Assembly (NCBI GenBank): GCA_964057225.1
Contig: OZ059900.1
Span: 1,426,001 to 1,490,000, forward strand
Reading direction: 5' to 3'
DNA length: 64,000 bases
Source of the DNA: Auanema rhodensis
Lineage: Eukaryota; Animalia; Nematoda
The translations under genes and the position numbers were made by a program. How positions within the stretch are numbered: position 1 is the first letter of the stretch; every line of letters begins with the position of its first letter. Under the pieces are notes generated by a model. It did not search any database. It saw only the letters and a program-made list of their open reading frames with translations, and was not told the origin of the DNA. Below, in pieces: positions 12,485 through 27,449 of the stretch.

Positions 12485-15400
12485 TGATCAAAAGCATAGT
12501 TTTACTGTCTATGACAACAAATGTCATCAATTAAACGCTAGTGATGTTTAAATACTGATTTTCGCTCAAATAGCATTACTACACTAAGTATGGTCGTTTT
12601 TATGCCTTTAACACCATATACTCACCGATTTTTGGTACAAAATCTGTAATACTCGTAAATTTTGATCATATTCGTTAAGATTTGAGAATCAAACATACAA
12701 TACACAAAATCAGTCTATTTTTATAAGCTTGCACTGATATATATTCATTTTGATCAAAAAAGATCGAAAATAGAAAGAATTTTTGAAATTTCCGAGTTTT
12801 GAGTCCAATTTGGCTAAATCGCTCATATATATGATCAAAAGCATAGTTTTACTGTCTATGATAACAAAAGTCATCAATTAAACGCTAGTGATGTTTAAAT
12901 ACTGATTTTCGCTCAAATAGCATTACTACACTAAGTATGGTCGTTTTTATGCCTTTAACACCATATACTCACCGATTTTTGGTACAAAATCTGTGATACT
13001 CGTAAATTTTGATCATATTCAGTGAGATTCGAGAATCAAACACACAATACACGAAATAAGTTTATTTTTACGAGTTTGCACTGATATTTATTCATTTTGA
13101 TCAAAAAAGGTCGAAAATAGAAAGAATTTTTGAAATTTCCGAGTTTTGAGTCCAATTGGGCTAAATCGCTCATATATATGATCAAAAGCATAGTTTTACT
13201 GTCTATGATAACAAAAGTCTTCAAATATACACTAATAATGTGTAAATCACTGAATTTCACTCAAATAGCTTTACTACACTAAGTATGGTCGTTTTTATGC
13301 CTTTAACACCATATACTCACCGATTTTTGGTACAAAATCTGTAATACTCGTAAATTTTGATCATATTCGTTAAGATTTGAGAATCAAACACACAATACAC
13401 GAAATAAGTTTATTTTGACGAGTTTGAACTGGTATTTATTCATTTTGATCAAAAAAGGTCGAAAATAGAAAGAATTTTTGAATTTTCCGAGTTTTGAGTC
13501 CAATTGGGCTAAATCGCTCATATATATGATCAAAAGCATAGTTTTACTGTCTATGATAACAAAAGTCTTCAAATATACACTAATAATGATTAAATCACTG
13601 AATTTCACTCAAATAGCATTACTACACTAAGTATGGTCGTTTTTATGCCTTTAACACCATATACTCACCGATTTTTGGTACAAAATCTGTGATACTCGTA
13701 AATTTTGATCATATTCGTTAAGATTTGAAAATCAAACACACAATAAACAAAATCAGTCTATTTTTACAAGTTTGCACTGATATATATTCATTTTGATCAA
13801 AAAAGGTCGAAAATAGAAAGAATTTTTGAAATTTCCGAGTTTTGAGTCCAATTGGGCTAAATCGCTCATATATATGATCAAAAGCATAGTTTTACTGTCT
13901 ATGACAACAAATGTCATCAATTAAACGCTAGTGATGTTTAAATACTGATTTTCGCTCAAATAGCATTACTACACTAAGTATGGTCGTTTTTATGCCTTTA
14001 ACACCATATACTCACCGATTTTTGGTACAAAATCTGTAATACTCGTAAATTTTGATCATATTCGTTAAGATTTGAGAATCAAACATACAATACACAAAAT
14101 CAGTCTATTTTTATAAGCTTGCACTGATATATATTCATTTTGATCAAAAAAGATCGAAAATAGAAAGAATTTTTGAAATTTCCGAGTTTTGAGTCCAATT
14201 TGGCTAAATCGCTCATATATATGATCAAAAGCATAGTTTTACTGTCTATGATAACAAAAGTCATCAATTAAACGCTAGTGATGTTTAAATACTGATTTTC
14301 GCTCAAATAGCATTACTACACTAAGTATGGTCGTTTTTATGCCTTTAACACCATATACTCACCGATTTTTGGTACAAAATCTGTGATACTCGTAAATTTT
14401 GATCATATTCAGTGAGATTCGAGAATCAAACACACAATACACGAAATAAGTTTATTTTTACGAGTTTGCACTGATATTTATTCATTTTGATCAAAAAAGG
14501 TCGAAAATAGAAAGAATTTTTGAAATTTCCGAGTTTTGAGTCCAATTGGGCTAAATCGCTCATATATATGATCAAAAGCATAGTTTTACTGTCTATGATA
14601 ACAAAAGTCTTCAAATATACACTAATAATGTGTAAATCACTGAATTTCACTCAAATAGCTTTACTACACTAAGTATGGTCGTTTTTATGCCTTTAACACC
14701 ATATACTCACCGATTTTTGGTACAAAATCTGTAATACTCGTAAATTTTGATCATATTCGTTAAGATTTGAGAATCAAACACACAATACACGAAATAAGTT
14801 TATTTTGACGAGTTTGAACTGGTATTTATTCATTTTGATCAAAAAAGGTCGAAAATAGAAAGAATTTTTGAATTTTCCGAGTTTTGAGTCCAATTGGGCT
14901 AAATCGCTCATATATATGATCAAAAGCATAGTTTTACTGTCTATGATAACAAAAGTCTTCAAATATACACTAATAATGATTAAATCACTGAATTTCACTC
15001 AAATAGCATTACTACACTAAGTATGGTCGTTTTTATGCCTTTAACACCATATACTCACCGATTTTTGGTACAAAATCTGTGATACTCGTAAATTTTGATC
15101 ATATTCGTTAAGATTTGAAAATCAAACACACAATAAACAAAATCAGTCTATTTTTACAAGTTTGCACTGATATATATTCATTTTGATCAAAAAAGGTCGA
15201 AAATAGAAAGAATTTTTGAAATTTCCGAGTTTTGAGTCCAATTGGGCTAAATCGCTCATATATATGATCAAAAGCATAGTTTTACTGTCTATGACAACAA
15301 ATGTCATCAATTAAACGCTAGTGATGTTTAAATACTGATTTTCGCTCAAATAGCATTACTACACTAAGTATGGTCGTTTTTATGCCTTTAACACCATATA

Positions 15401-16674
15401 CTCACCGATTTTTGGTACAAAATCTGTAATACTCGTAAATTTTGATCATATTCGTTAAGATTTGAGAATCAAACATACAATACACAAAATCAGTCTATTT
15501 TTATAAGCTTGCACTGATATATATTCATTTTGATCAAAAAAGATCGAAAATAGAAAGAATTTTTGAAATTTCCGAGTTTTGAGTCCAATTTGGCTAAATC
15601 GCTCATATATATGATCAAAAGCATAGTTTTACTGTCTATGATAACAAAAGTCATCAATTAAACGCTAGTGATGTTTAAATACTGATTTTCGCTCAAATAG
15701 CATTACTACACTAAGTATGGTCGTTTTTATGCCTTTAACACCATATACTCACCGATTTTTGGTACAAAATCTGTGATACTCGTAAATTTTGATCATATTC
15801 AGTGAGATTCGAGAATCAAACACACAATACACGAAATAAGTTTATTTTTACGAGTTTGCACTGATATTTATTCATTTTGATCAAAAAAGGTCGAAAATAG
15901 AAAGAATTTTTGAAATTTCCGAGTTTTGAGTCCAATTGGGCTAAATCGCTCATATATATGATCAAAAGCATAGTTTTACTGTCTATGATAACAAAAGTCT
16001 TCAAATATACACTAATAATGTGTAAATCACTGAATTTCACTCAAATAGCTTTACTACACTAAGTATGGTCGTTTTTATGCCTTTAACACCATATACTCAC
16101 CGATTTTTGGTACAAAATCTGTAATACTCGTAAATTTTGATCATATTCGTTAAGATTTGAGAATCAAACACACAATACACGAAATAAGTTTATTTTGACG
16201 AGTTTGAACTGGTATTTATTCATTTTGATCAAAAAAGGTCGAAAATAGAAAGAATTTTTGAATTTTCCGAGTTTTGAGTCCAATTGGGCTAAATCGCTCA
16301 TATATATGATCAAAAGCATAGTTTTACTGTCTATGATAACAAAAGTCTTCAAATATACACTAATAATGATTAAATCACTGAATTTCACTCAAATAGCATT
16401 ACTACACTAAGTATGGTCGTTTTTATGCCTTTAACACCATATACTCACCGATTTTTGGTACAAAATCTGTGATACTCGTAAATTTTGATCATATTCGTTA
16501 AGATTTGAAAATCAAACACACAATAAACAAAATCAGTCTATTTTTACAAGTTTGCACTGATATATATTCATTTTGATCAAAAAAGGTCGAAAATAGAAAG
16601 AATTTTTGAAATTTCCGAGTTTTGAGTCCAATTGGGCTAAATCGCTCATATATATGATCAAAAGCATAGTTTTA
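12485..16674. repeat. 4-mer higher-order repeat (1390 bp), 3 near-perfect tandem copies
   Basis: ORFs 13036/14426/15816 and 13384/14774/16164 are identical at a 1390 period. Diagnostic variants (tataagctt...agatcg, acaaatgtc, caataaacaa) recur each period. Identity breaks at about 16675. Confidence 0.92.
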
Positions 16675-18489
16675 TTGTCTATAACAACAAAAGTCATCAA
16701 TTAAACGCTAGTGATATTTAAATACTGATTTTCGCTCAAGTAGCATTACTACACTAAGTATGGTCGTTTTTATGCCTTTAACACCATATACTCACCGATT
16801 TTTGGTACAAATTCTGTAATACTTGTAAATTTTGATCATATTCGTTAAGATTTGAGAATCAAACATACAATACACAAAATCAGTCTATTTTTATGAGCTT
16901 GCACTGATATATATTCATTTTGATCAAAAAAGGTCGAAAATAGAAAGAATTTTTGAAATTTCCGAGTTTTGAGTCTAATTTGGCTAAATCGCTCATATAT
17001 ATGATCAGAAGCATAGTTTTATTGTCTATGACAACAAAAATCATCAATTAAACGCTAGTGATGTTTAAATACTGATTTTCGCTCAAATAGCATTACTACA
17101 CTAAGTATGGTCGTTTTTATGCCTTTAACACCATATACTCACCGATTTTTGGTACAAAATCTGTAATACTCGTAAAATTTGATCATATTTGTTAAGATTT
17201 GAGAATCAAACACACAATACACAAAATCAGTCTATTTTTATGAGTTTACACTGATATATATTCATTTTCATCAAAAAAGGTCGAAAATAGAAAGAATTTT
17301 TGAAATTTCCGAGTTTTGAGTCTAATTTGGCTAAATCGCTCATATATATGATCAGAAGCATAGTTTTATTGTCTATGACAACAAAAATCATCAATTAAAC
17401 GCTAGTGATGTTTAAATACTGAATTTCGCTCAAATAGCATTACTACACTAAGTATGGTCGTTTTTATGCCTTTAACACCATATACTCACCGATTTTTGGT
17501 ACAAAATCTGTAATACTCGTAAATTTTGATCATATTCGGTGAGATTCGAGAATCAAACACACAATACACGAAATAAGTTTATTTTGACGAGTTTGAACTG
17601 GTATTCATTCATTTTGATCAAAAAAGGTCGAAAATAGAAAGAATTTTTGAAATTTCCGAGTTTTGAGTCTAATTTGGCTAAATCGCTCATATATATGATC
17701 AGAAGCATAGTTTTATTGTCTATGACAACAAAAATCATCAATTAAACGCTAGTGATGTTTAAATACTGAATTTCGCTCAAATAGCATTACTACACTAAGT
17801 ATGGTCGTTTTTATGCCTTTAACACCATATACTCACCGATTTTTGGTACAAAATCTGTAATACTCGTAAATTTTGATCATATTCGGTGAGATTCGAGAAT
17901 CAAACACACAATACACGAAATAAGTTTATTTTGACGAGTTTGAACTGGTATTCATTCATTTTGATCAAAAAAGGTCGAAAATAGAAAGAATTTTTGAATT
18001 TTCCGAGTTTTGAGTCCAATTGGGCTAAATCGCTCATATATATGATCAAAAGCATAGTTTTACTGTCTATGATAACAAAAGTCTTCAAATATACACTAAT
18101 AATGATTGAATCACTGAATTTCACTCAAATAGCATTACTACACTAAGTATGGTCGTTTTTATGCCTTTAACACCATATACTCACCGATTTTTGGTACAAA
18201 ATCTGTGATACTCGTAAATTTTGATCATATTCGGTGAGATTCGAGAATCGAACACACAATACACAAAATAAGTCTATTTTTACGAGTTTGCACTGATATT
18301 TATTCATTTTGATCAAAAAAGGTCGAAAATAGAAAGAATTTTTGAAATTTCCGAGTTTTGAGTCTAATTTGGCTAAATCGCTCATATATATGATCAAAAG
18401 CATAGTTTTACTGTCTATGATAACAAAAGTCTTCAAATATACACTAATAATGTGTAAATCACTGAATTTCACTCAAATAGCTTTACTAC

Positions 18490-21280
18490 ACTAAGTATGG
18501 TCGTTTTTATGCCTTTAACACCATATACTCACCGATTTTTGGTACAAAATCTGTAATACTCGTAAATTTTGATCATATTCGTTAAGATTTGAGAATCAAA
18601 CATACAATACACAAAATCAGTCTATTTTTATGAGCTTGCACTGATATATATTCATTTTGATCAAAAAAGGTCGAAAATAGAAAGAATTTTTGAATTTTCC
18701 GAGTTTTGAGTCCAATTGGGCTAAATCGCTCATATATATGATCAAAAGCATAGTTTCACTGTCTATGATAACAAAAGTCTTCAAATATACACTAGTAATG
18801 ATTAAATCACTGAATTTCACTCAAATAGCTTTACTACACTAAGTATGGTCGTTTTTATGCCTTTAACACCATATACTCACCGATTTTTGGTACAAAATCT
18901 GTAATACTCGTAAATTTCGATCATATCCGTTAAGATTCGAGAATCAAACACACAATACACAAAATAAGTTTATTTTTACGAGTTTGCACTGATATTTATT
19001 CATTTTGATCAAAAAAGGTCGAAAATAGAAAGAATTTTTGAATTTTCCGAGTTTTGAGTCCAATTGGGCTAAATCGCTCATATATATGATCAAAAGCATA
19101 GTTTCACTGTCTATGATAACAAAAGTCTTCAAATATACACTAGTAATGATTAAATCACTGAATTTCACTCAAATAGCTTTACTACACTAAGTATGGTCGT
19201 TTTTATGCCTTTAACACCATATACTCACCGATTTTTGGTACAAAATCTGTAATACTCGTAAATTTCGATCATATCCGTTAAGATTCGAGAATCAAACACA
19301 CAATACACGAAATAAGTTTATTTTTACGAGTTTGCACTGATATTTATTCATTTTGATCAAAAAAGGTCGAAAATAGAAAGAATTTTTGAATTTTCCGAGT
19401 TTTGAGTCCAATTTGGCTAAATCGCTCATATATATGATCAAAAGCATAGTTCTATTGTCTATAACAACAAAAGTCTTTAATTAAACGCTAGTGATGTTTT
19501 AATACTGAATTTTGCTCAAATAGCATTACTACACTAAGTATGGTCGTTTTTATGCCTTTAACACCATATACTCACCGATTTTTGGTACAAAATCTGTAAT
19601 ACTTGTAAATTTTGATCATATTCGTTAAGATTCGAAAATCAAACACACAATACACGAAATGAGTTTATTTTTACAAGTTTGCACTGATATTTATTCATTT
19701 TGATCAAAAAAGGTCGAAAATAGAAAGAATTTTTGAAATTTCCGAGTTTTGAGTCTAATTTGGCTAAATCGCTCATATATATGATCAGAAGCATAGGTGT
19801 ATTGTCTATGACAACAAAAGTCATTAATTAAACACTAATGATGTTTAAATCACTAAATTTCGCTCTAATAGCATTACTACACTAAGTATGGTCGTTTTTA
19901 TGCCTTTAACACCATATACTCACCGATTTTTGGTACAAAATCTGTAATACTCGTAAATTTTGATCATATTCGTTAAGATTTGAGAATCAAACATACAATA
20001 CACAAAATCAGTCTATTTTTATGAGCTTGCACTGATATATATTCATTTTGATCAAAAAAGGTCGAAAATAGAAAGAATTTTTGAATTTTCCGAGTTTTGA
20101 GTCCAATTGGGCTAAATCGCTCATATATATGATCAAAAGCATAGTTTCACTGTCTATGATAACAAAAGTCTTCAAATATACACTAGTAATGATTAAATCA
20201 CTGAATTTCACTCAAATAGCTTTACTACACTAAGTATGGTCGTTTTTATGCCTTTAACACCATATACTCACCGATTTTTGGTACAAAATCTGTAATACTC
20301 GTAAATTTCGATCATATCCGTTAAGATTCGAGAATCAAACACACAATACACAAAATAAGTTTATTTTTACGAGTTTGCACTGATATTTATTCATTTTGAT
20401 CAAAAAAGGTCGAAAATAGAAAGAATTTTTGAATTTTCCGAGTTTTGAGTCCAATTGGGCTAAATCGCTCATATATATGATCAAAAGCATAGTTTCACTG
20501 TCTATGATAACAAAAGTCTTCAAATATACACTAGTAATGATTAAATCACTGAATTTCACTCAAATAGCTTTACTACACTAAGTATGGTCGTTTTTATGCC
20601 TTTAACACCATATACTCACCGATTTTTGGTACAAAATCTGTAATACTCGTAAATTTCGATCATATCCGTTAAGATTCGAGAATCAAACACACAATACACG
20701 AAATAAGTTTATTTTTACGAGTTTGCACTGATATTTATTCATTTTGATCAAAAAAGGTCGAAAATAGAAAGAATTTTTGAATTTTCCGAGTTTTGAGTCC
20801 AATTTGGCTAAATCGCTCATATATATGATCAAAAGCATAGTTCTATTGTCTATAACAACAAAAGTCTTTAATTAAACGCTAGTGATGTTTTAATACTGAA
20901 TTTTGCTCAAATAGCATTACTACACTAAGTATGGTCGTTTTTATGCCTTTAACACCATATACTCACCGATTTTTGGTACAAAATCTGTAATACTTGTAAA
21001 TTTTGATCATATTCGTTAAGATTCGAAAATCAAACACACAATACACGAAATGAGTTTATTTTTACAAGTTTGCACTGATATTTATTCATTTTGATCAAAA
21101 AAGGTCGAAAATAGAAAGAATTTTTGAAATTTCCGAGTTTTGAGTCTAATTTGGCTAAATCGCTCATATATATGATCAAAAGCATAGTTCTATTGTCTAT
21201 AACAACAAAAGTCATTAATTAAACACTAATGATGTTTAAATCACTAAATTTCGCTCTAATAGCATTACTACACTAAGTAT
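18490..21280. repeat. 4-mer tandem duplication (1391 bp), 2 copies
   Basis: ORFs 18617/20008, 18944/20335 and 19639/21030 at offset 1391. Shared aaatgagttt variant. Confidence 0.88.
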
Positions 21281-24200
21281 GGTCGCTTTTATGACTTTAA
21301 CACCATATACTCACCGATTTTTGGTACAAAATCTGTAATACTCGTAAATTTTGATCATATTCGTTAAGATTTGAGAATCAAACACACAATACACAATATC
21401 AGTCTATTTTTATGAGCTTGCACTGATATATATTCATTTTGATCAAAAAAGGTCGAAAATAGAAAGAATTTTTGAAATTTCCGAGTTTTGAGTCCAATTT
21501 GGCTAAATCGCTCATATATATGATCAAAAGCATAGTTCTATTGTCTATAACAACAAAAGTCTTTAATTAAACGCTAGTGATGTTTTAATACTGAATTTTG
21601 CTCAAATAGCATTACTACACTAAGTATGGTCGTTTTTATGCCTTTAACACCATATACTCACCGATTTTTGGTACAAAATCTGTAATACTTGTAAGTTTTG
21701 ATCATATTCGTTAAGATTCGAAAATCAAACACACAATACACGAAATAAGTTTATTTTTACAAGTTTGCACTGATATTTATTCATTTTGATCAAAAAAGGT
21801 CGAAAATAGAAAGAATTTTTGAAATTTCCGAGTTTTGAGTCTAATTTGGCTAAATCGCTCATATATATGATCAAAAGCATAGTTTCACTGTCTATGATAA
21901 CAAAAGTCTTCAAATATACACTAGTAATGATTAAATCACTGAATTTCACTCAAATAGCATTACTACACTAAGTATGGTCGTTTTTATGCCTTTAACACCA
22001 TATACTCACCGATTTTTGGTACAAAATCTGTAATACTTGTAAATTTTGATCATATTCGTTAAGATTTGAGAATCAAACACATAATACACGAAATAAGTCT
22101 ATTTTTATGAGTTTGCACTGATATTTATTCATTTTGATCAAAAAAGGTCGAAAATAGAAAGAATTTTTGAAATTTCCGAGTTTTGAATCCAATTGGGCTA
22201 AATCGCTCATATATATGATCAAAAGCATAGTTTTATTGTCTATGATAACAAAAGTCTTCAAATATACACTAGTAATGATTAAATCACTGAATTTCACTCA
22301 AATAGCATTACTACACTAAGTATGGTCGTTTTTATGCCTTTAACACCATATACTCACCGATTTTTGGTACAAAATCTGTAATACTCGTAAATTTTGATCA
22401 TATTCGTTAAGATTTGAGAATCAAACATACAATACACAAAATCAGTCTATTTTTATGAGCTTGCACTGATATATATTCATTTTGATCAAAAAAGGTCGAA
22501 AATAGAAAGAATTTTTGAAATTTCCGAGTTTTGAGTCTAATTTGGCTAAATCGCTCATATATATGATCAAAAGCATAGTTTTACTGTCTATGATAACAAA
22601 AGTCTTCAAATATACACTAATAATGTGTAAATCACTGAATTTCACTCAAATAGCTTTACTACACTAAGTATGGTCGTTTTTATGCCTTTAACACCATATA
22701 CTCACCGATTTTTGGTACAAAATCTGTAATACTCGTAAATTTTGATCATATTCGTTAAGATTTGAGAATCAAACATACAATACACAAAATCAGTCTATTT
22801 TTATAAGCTTGCACTGATATATATTCATTTTGATCAAAAAAGATCGAAAATAGAAAGAATTTTTGAAATTTCCGAGTTTTGAGTCCAATTTGGCTAAATC
22901 GCTCATATATATGATCAGAAGCATAAGTGTATTGTCTATGACAACAAAAGTCATTAATTAAACACTAATGATGTTTAAATCACTAAATTTCGCTCTAATA
23001 GCATTACTACACTAAGTATGGTCGTTTTTATGCCTTTAACACCATATACTCACCGATTTTTGGTACAAAATCTGTGATACTCGTAAATTTTGATCATATT
23101 CGTTAAGATTTGAAAATCAAACACACAATAAACAAAATCAGTCTATTTTTATGAGTTTGCACTGATATATATTCATTTTGATCAAAAAAGGTCGAAAATA
23201 GAAAGAATTTTTGAATTTTCCGAGTTTTGAGTCCAATTGGGCTAAATCGCTCATATATATGATCAGAAGCATAGATGTATTGTCTATGACAACAAAAGTC
23301 ATTAATTGAACACTAATGATGTTTAAATCACTGAATTTCGCTCAAATAGCATTACTACACTAAGGATGGTCGTTTTTATGCCTTTAACACCATATACTCA
23401 CCGATTTTTGGTACAAAATCTGTGATACTCGTAAATTTTGATCATATTCGTTAAGATTCAAAAATCAAACACACAATACACGAAATAAGTTCATTTTTAC
23501 GAGTTTGCACTGATATTTATTCATTTTGATCAAAAAAGGTCGAAAATAGAAAGAATTTTTGAAATTTCCGAGTTTTGAGTCTAATTTGGCTAAATCGCTC
23601 ATATATATGATCAAAAGCATAGTTTTATTGTCTATGACAACAAAAGTCATCAATTAAACGCTAGTGATGTTTAAATACTGAATTTCGCTCAAATAGCATT
23701 ACTACACTAAGTATGGTCGTTTTTATGCCTTTAACACCATATACTCACCGATTTTTGGTACAAAATCTGTAATACTTGTAAATTTTGATCATATTCGTTA
23801 AGATTCGAGAATCAAACACATAATACACGAAATAAGTCTATTTTTATGAGTTTGCACTGATATTTATTCATTTTGATCAAAAAAGGTCGAAAATAGAAAG
23901 AATTTTTGAAATTTCCGAGTTTTGAGTCCAATTGGGCTAAATCGCTCATATATATGATCAAAAGCATAGTTTTACTGTCTATGATAACAAAAGTCTTCAA
24001 ATATACACTAATAATGTGTAAATCACTGAATTTCACTCAAATAGCTTTACTACACTAAGTATGGTCGTTTTTATGCCTTTAACACCATATACTCACCGAT
24101 TTTTGGTACAAAATCTGTAATACTCGTAAATTTTGATCATATTCGTTAAGATTTGAGAATCAAACATACAATACACAAAATCAGTCTATTTTTATAAGCT

Positions 24201-24750
24201 TGCACTGATATATATTCATTTTGATCAAAAAAGGTCGAAAATAGAAAGAATTTTTGAAATTTCCGAGTTTTGAGTCTAATTTGGCTAAATCGCTCATATA
24301 CATGATCAGAAGCATAGTTTCATTGTCTATGACAACAAAAGTCATCAATTTAACGCTAGTGATGTTTAAATACTGATTTTCGCTCAAATAGCATTACTAC
24401 ACTAAGTATGGTCGTTTTTATGCCTTTAACACCATATACTCACCGATTTTTGGTACAAAATCTGTGATACTCGTAAATTTTGATCATATTCGGTGAGATT
24501 CGAGAATCAAACACACAATACACGAAATAAGTTTATTTTTACGAGTTTGAACTGGTATTTATTCATTTTGATCAAAAAAGGTCGAAAATAGAAAGAATTT
24601 TTGAAATTTCCGAGTTTTGAGTCCAATTTGGCTAAATCGCTCATATATATGATCAAAAGCATAGTTTTACTGTCTATGATAACAAAAGTCATCAATTAAA
24701 CGCTAGTGATGTTTAAATACTGATTTTCGCTCAAATAGCATTACTACACT

Positions 24751-27449
24751 AAGTATGGTCGTTTTTATGCCTTTAACACCATATACTCACCGATTTTTGG
24801 TACAAAATCTGTAATACTCGTAAATTTTGATCATATTCGTTAAGATTTGAGAATCAAACATACAATACACAAAATCAGTCTATTTTTATAAGCTTGCACT
24901 GATATATATTCATTTTGATCAAAAAAGGTCGAAAATAGAAAGAATTTTTGAAATTTCCGAGTTTTGAGTCCAATTTGGCTAAATCGCTCATATATATGAT
25001 CAAAAGCATAGTTTTACTGTCTATGATAACAAAAGTCATCAATTAAACGCTAGTGATGTTTAAATACTGATTTTCGCTCAAATAGCATTACTACACTAAG
25101 TATGGTCGTTTTTATGCCTTTAACACCATATACTCACCGATTTTTGGTACAAAATCTGTGATACTCGTAAATTTTGATCATATTCAGTGAGATTCGAGAA
25201 TCAAACACACAATACACAAAATAAGTTTATTTTTACGAGTTTGCACTGATATTTATTCATTTTGATCAAAAAAGGTCGAAAATAGAAAGAATTTTTGAAA
25301 TTTCCGAGTTTTGAGTCCAATTGGGCTAAATCGCTCATATATATGATCAAAAGCATAGTTTTACTGTCTATGATAACAAAAGTCTTCAAATATACACTAA
25401 TAATGTGTAAATCACTGAATTTCACTCAAATAGCTTTACTACACTAAGTATGGTCGTTTTTATGCCTTTAACACCATATACTCACCGATTTTTGGTACAA
25501 AATCTGTAATACTCGTAAATTTTGATCATATTCGTTAAGATTTGAGAATCAAACACACAATACACGAAATAAGTTTATTTTGACGAGTTTGAACTGGTAT
25601 TTATTCATTTTGATCAAAAAAGGTCGAAAATAGAAAGAATTTTTGAATTTTCCGAGTTTTGAGTCCAATTGGGCTAAATCGCTCATATATATGATCAAAA
25701 GCATAGTTTTACTGTCTATGATAACAAAAGTCTTCAAATATACACTAATAATGATTAAATCACTGAATTTCACTCAAATAGCATTACTACACTAAGTATG
25801 GTCGTTTTTATGCCTTTAACACCATATACTCACCGATTTTTGGTACAAAATCTGTGATACTCGTAAATTTTGATCATATTCGTTAAGATTTGAAAATCAA
25901 ACACACAATAAACAAAATCAGTCTATTTTTACAAGTTTGCACTGATATATATTCATTTTGATCAAAAAAGGTCGAAAATAGAAAGAATTTTTGAAATTTC
26001 CGAGTTTTGAGTCCAATTGGGCTAAATCGCTCATATATATGATCAAAAGCATAGTTTTACTGTCTATGACAACAAATGTCATCAATTAAACGCTAGTGAT
26101 GTTTAAATACTGATTTTCGCTCAAATAGCATTACTACACTAAGTATGGTCGTTTTTATGCCTTTAACACCATATACTCACCGATTTTTGGTACAAAATCT
26201 GTAATACTCGTAAATTTTGATCATATTCGTTAAGATTTGAGAATCAAACATACAATACACAAAATCAGTCTATTTTTATAAGCTTGCACTGATATATATT
26301 CATTTTGATCAAAAAAGATCGAAAATAGAAAGAATTTTTGAAATTTCCGAGTTTTGAGTCCAATTTGGCTAAATCGCTCATATATATGATCAAAAGCATA
26401 GTTTTACTGTCTATGATAACAAAAGTCATCAATTAAACGCTAGTGATGTTTAAATACTGATTTTCGCTCAAATAGCATTACTACACTAAGTATGGTCGTT
26501 TTTATGCCTTTAACACCATATACTCACCGATTTTTGGTACAAAATCTGTGATACTCGTAAATTTTGATCATATTCAGTGAGATTCGAGAATCAAACACAC
26601 AATACACGAAATAAGTTTATTTTTACGAGTTTGCACTGATATTTATTCATTTTGATCAAAAAAGGTCGAAAATAGAAAGAATTTTTGAAATTTCCGAGTT
26701 TTGAGTCCAATTGGGCTAAATCGCTCATATATATGATCAAAAGCATAGTTTTACTGTCTATGATAACAAAAGTCTTCAAATATACACTAATAATGTGTAA
26801 ATCACTGAATTTCACTCAAATAGCTTTACTACACTAAGTATGGTCGTTTTTATGCCTTTAACACCATATACTCACCGATTTTTGGTACAAAATCTGTAAT
26901 ACTCGTAAATTTTGATCATATTCGTTAAGATTTGAGAATCAAACACACAATACACGAAATAAGTTTATTTTGACGAGTTTGAACTGGTATTTATTCATTT
27001 TGATCAAAAAAGGTCGAAAATAGAAAGAATTTTTGAATTTTCCGAGTTTTGAGTCCAATTGGGCTAAATCGCTCATATATATGATCAAAAGCATAGTTTT
27101 ACTGTCTATGATAACAAAAGTCTTCAAATATACACTAATAATGATTAAATCACTGAATTTCACTCAAATAGCATTACTACACTAAGTATGGTCGTTTTTA
27201 TGCCTTTAACACCATATACTCACCGATTTTTGGTACAAAATCTGTGATACTCGTAAATTTTGATCATATTCGTTAAGATTTGAAAATCAAACACACAATA
27301 AACAAAATCAGTCTATTTTTACAAGTTTGCACTGATATATATTCATTTTGATCAAAAAAGGTCGAAAATAGAAAGAATTTTTGAAATTTCCGAGTTTTGA
27401 GTCCAATTGGGCTAAATCGCTCATATATATGATCAAAAGCATAGTTTTA
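24751..27449. repeat. 4-mer higher-order repeat (1390 bp), about 2 copies; paralogue of 12485-16674
   Basis: ORFs 25201/26591 and 25549/26939 at offset 1390, with the same diagnostic variants as the 3-copy block. Confidence 0.85.
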
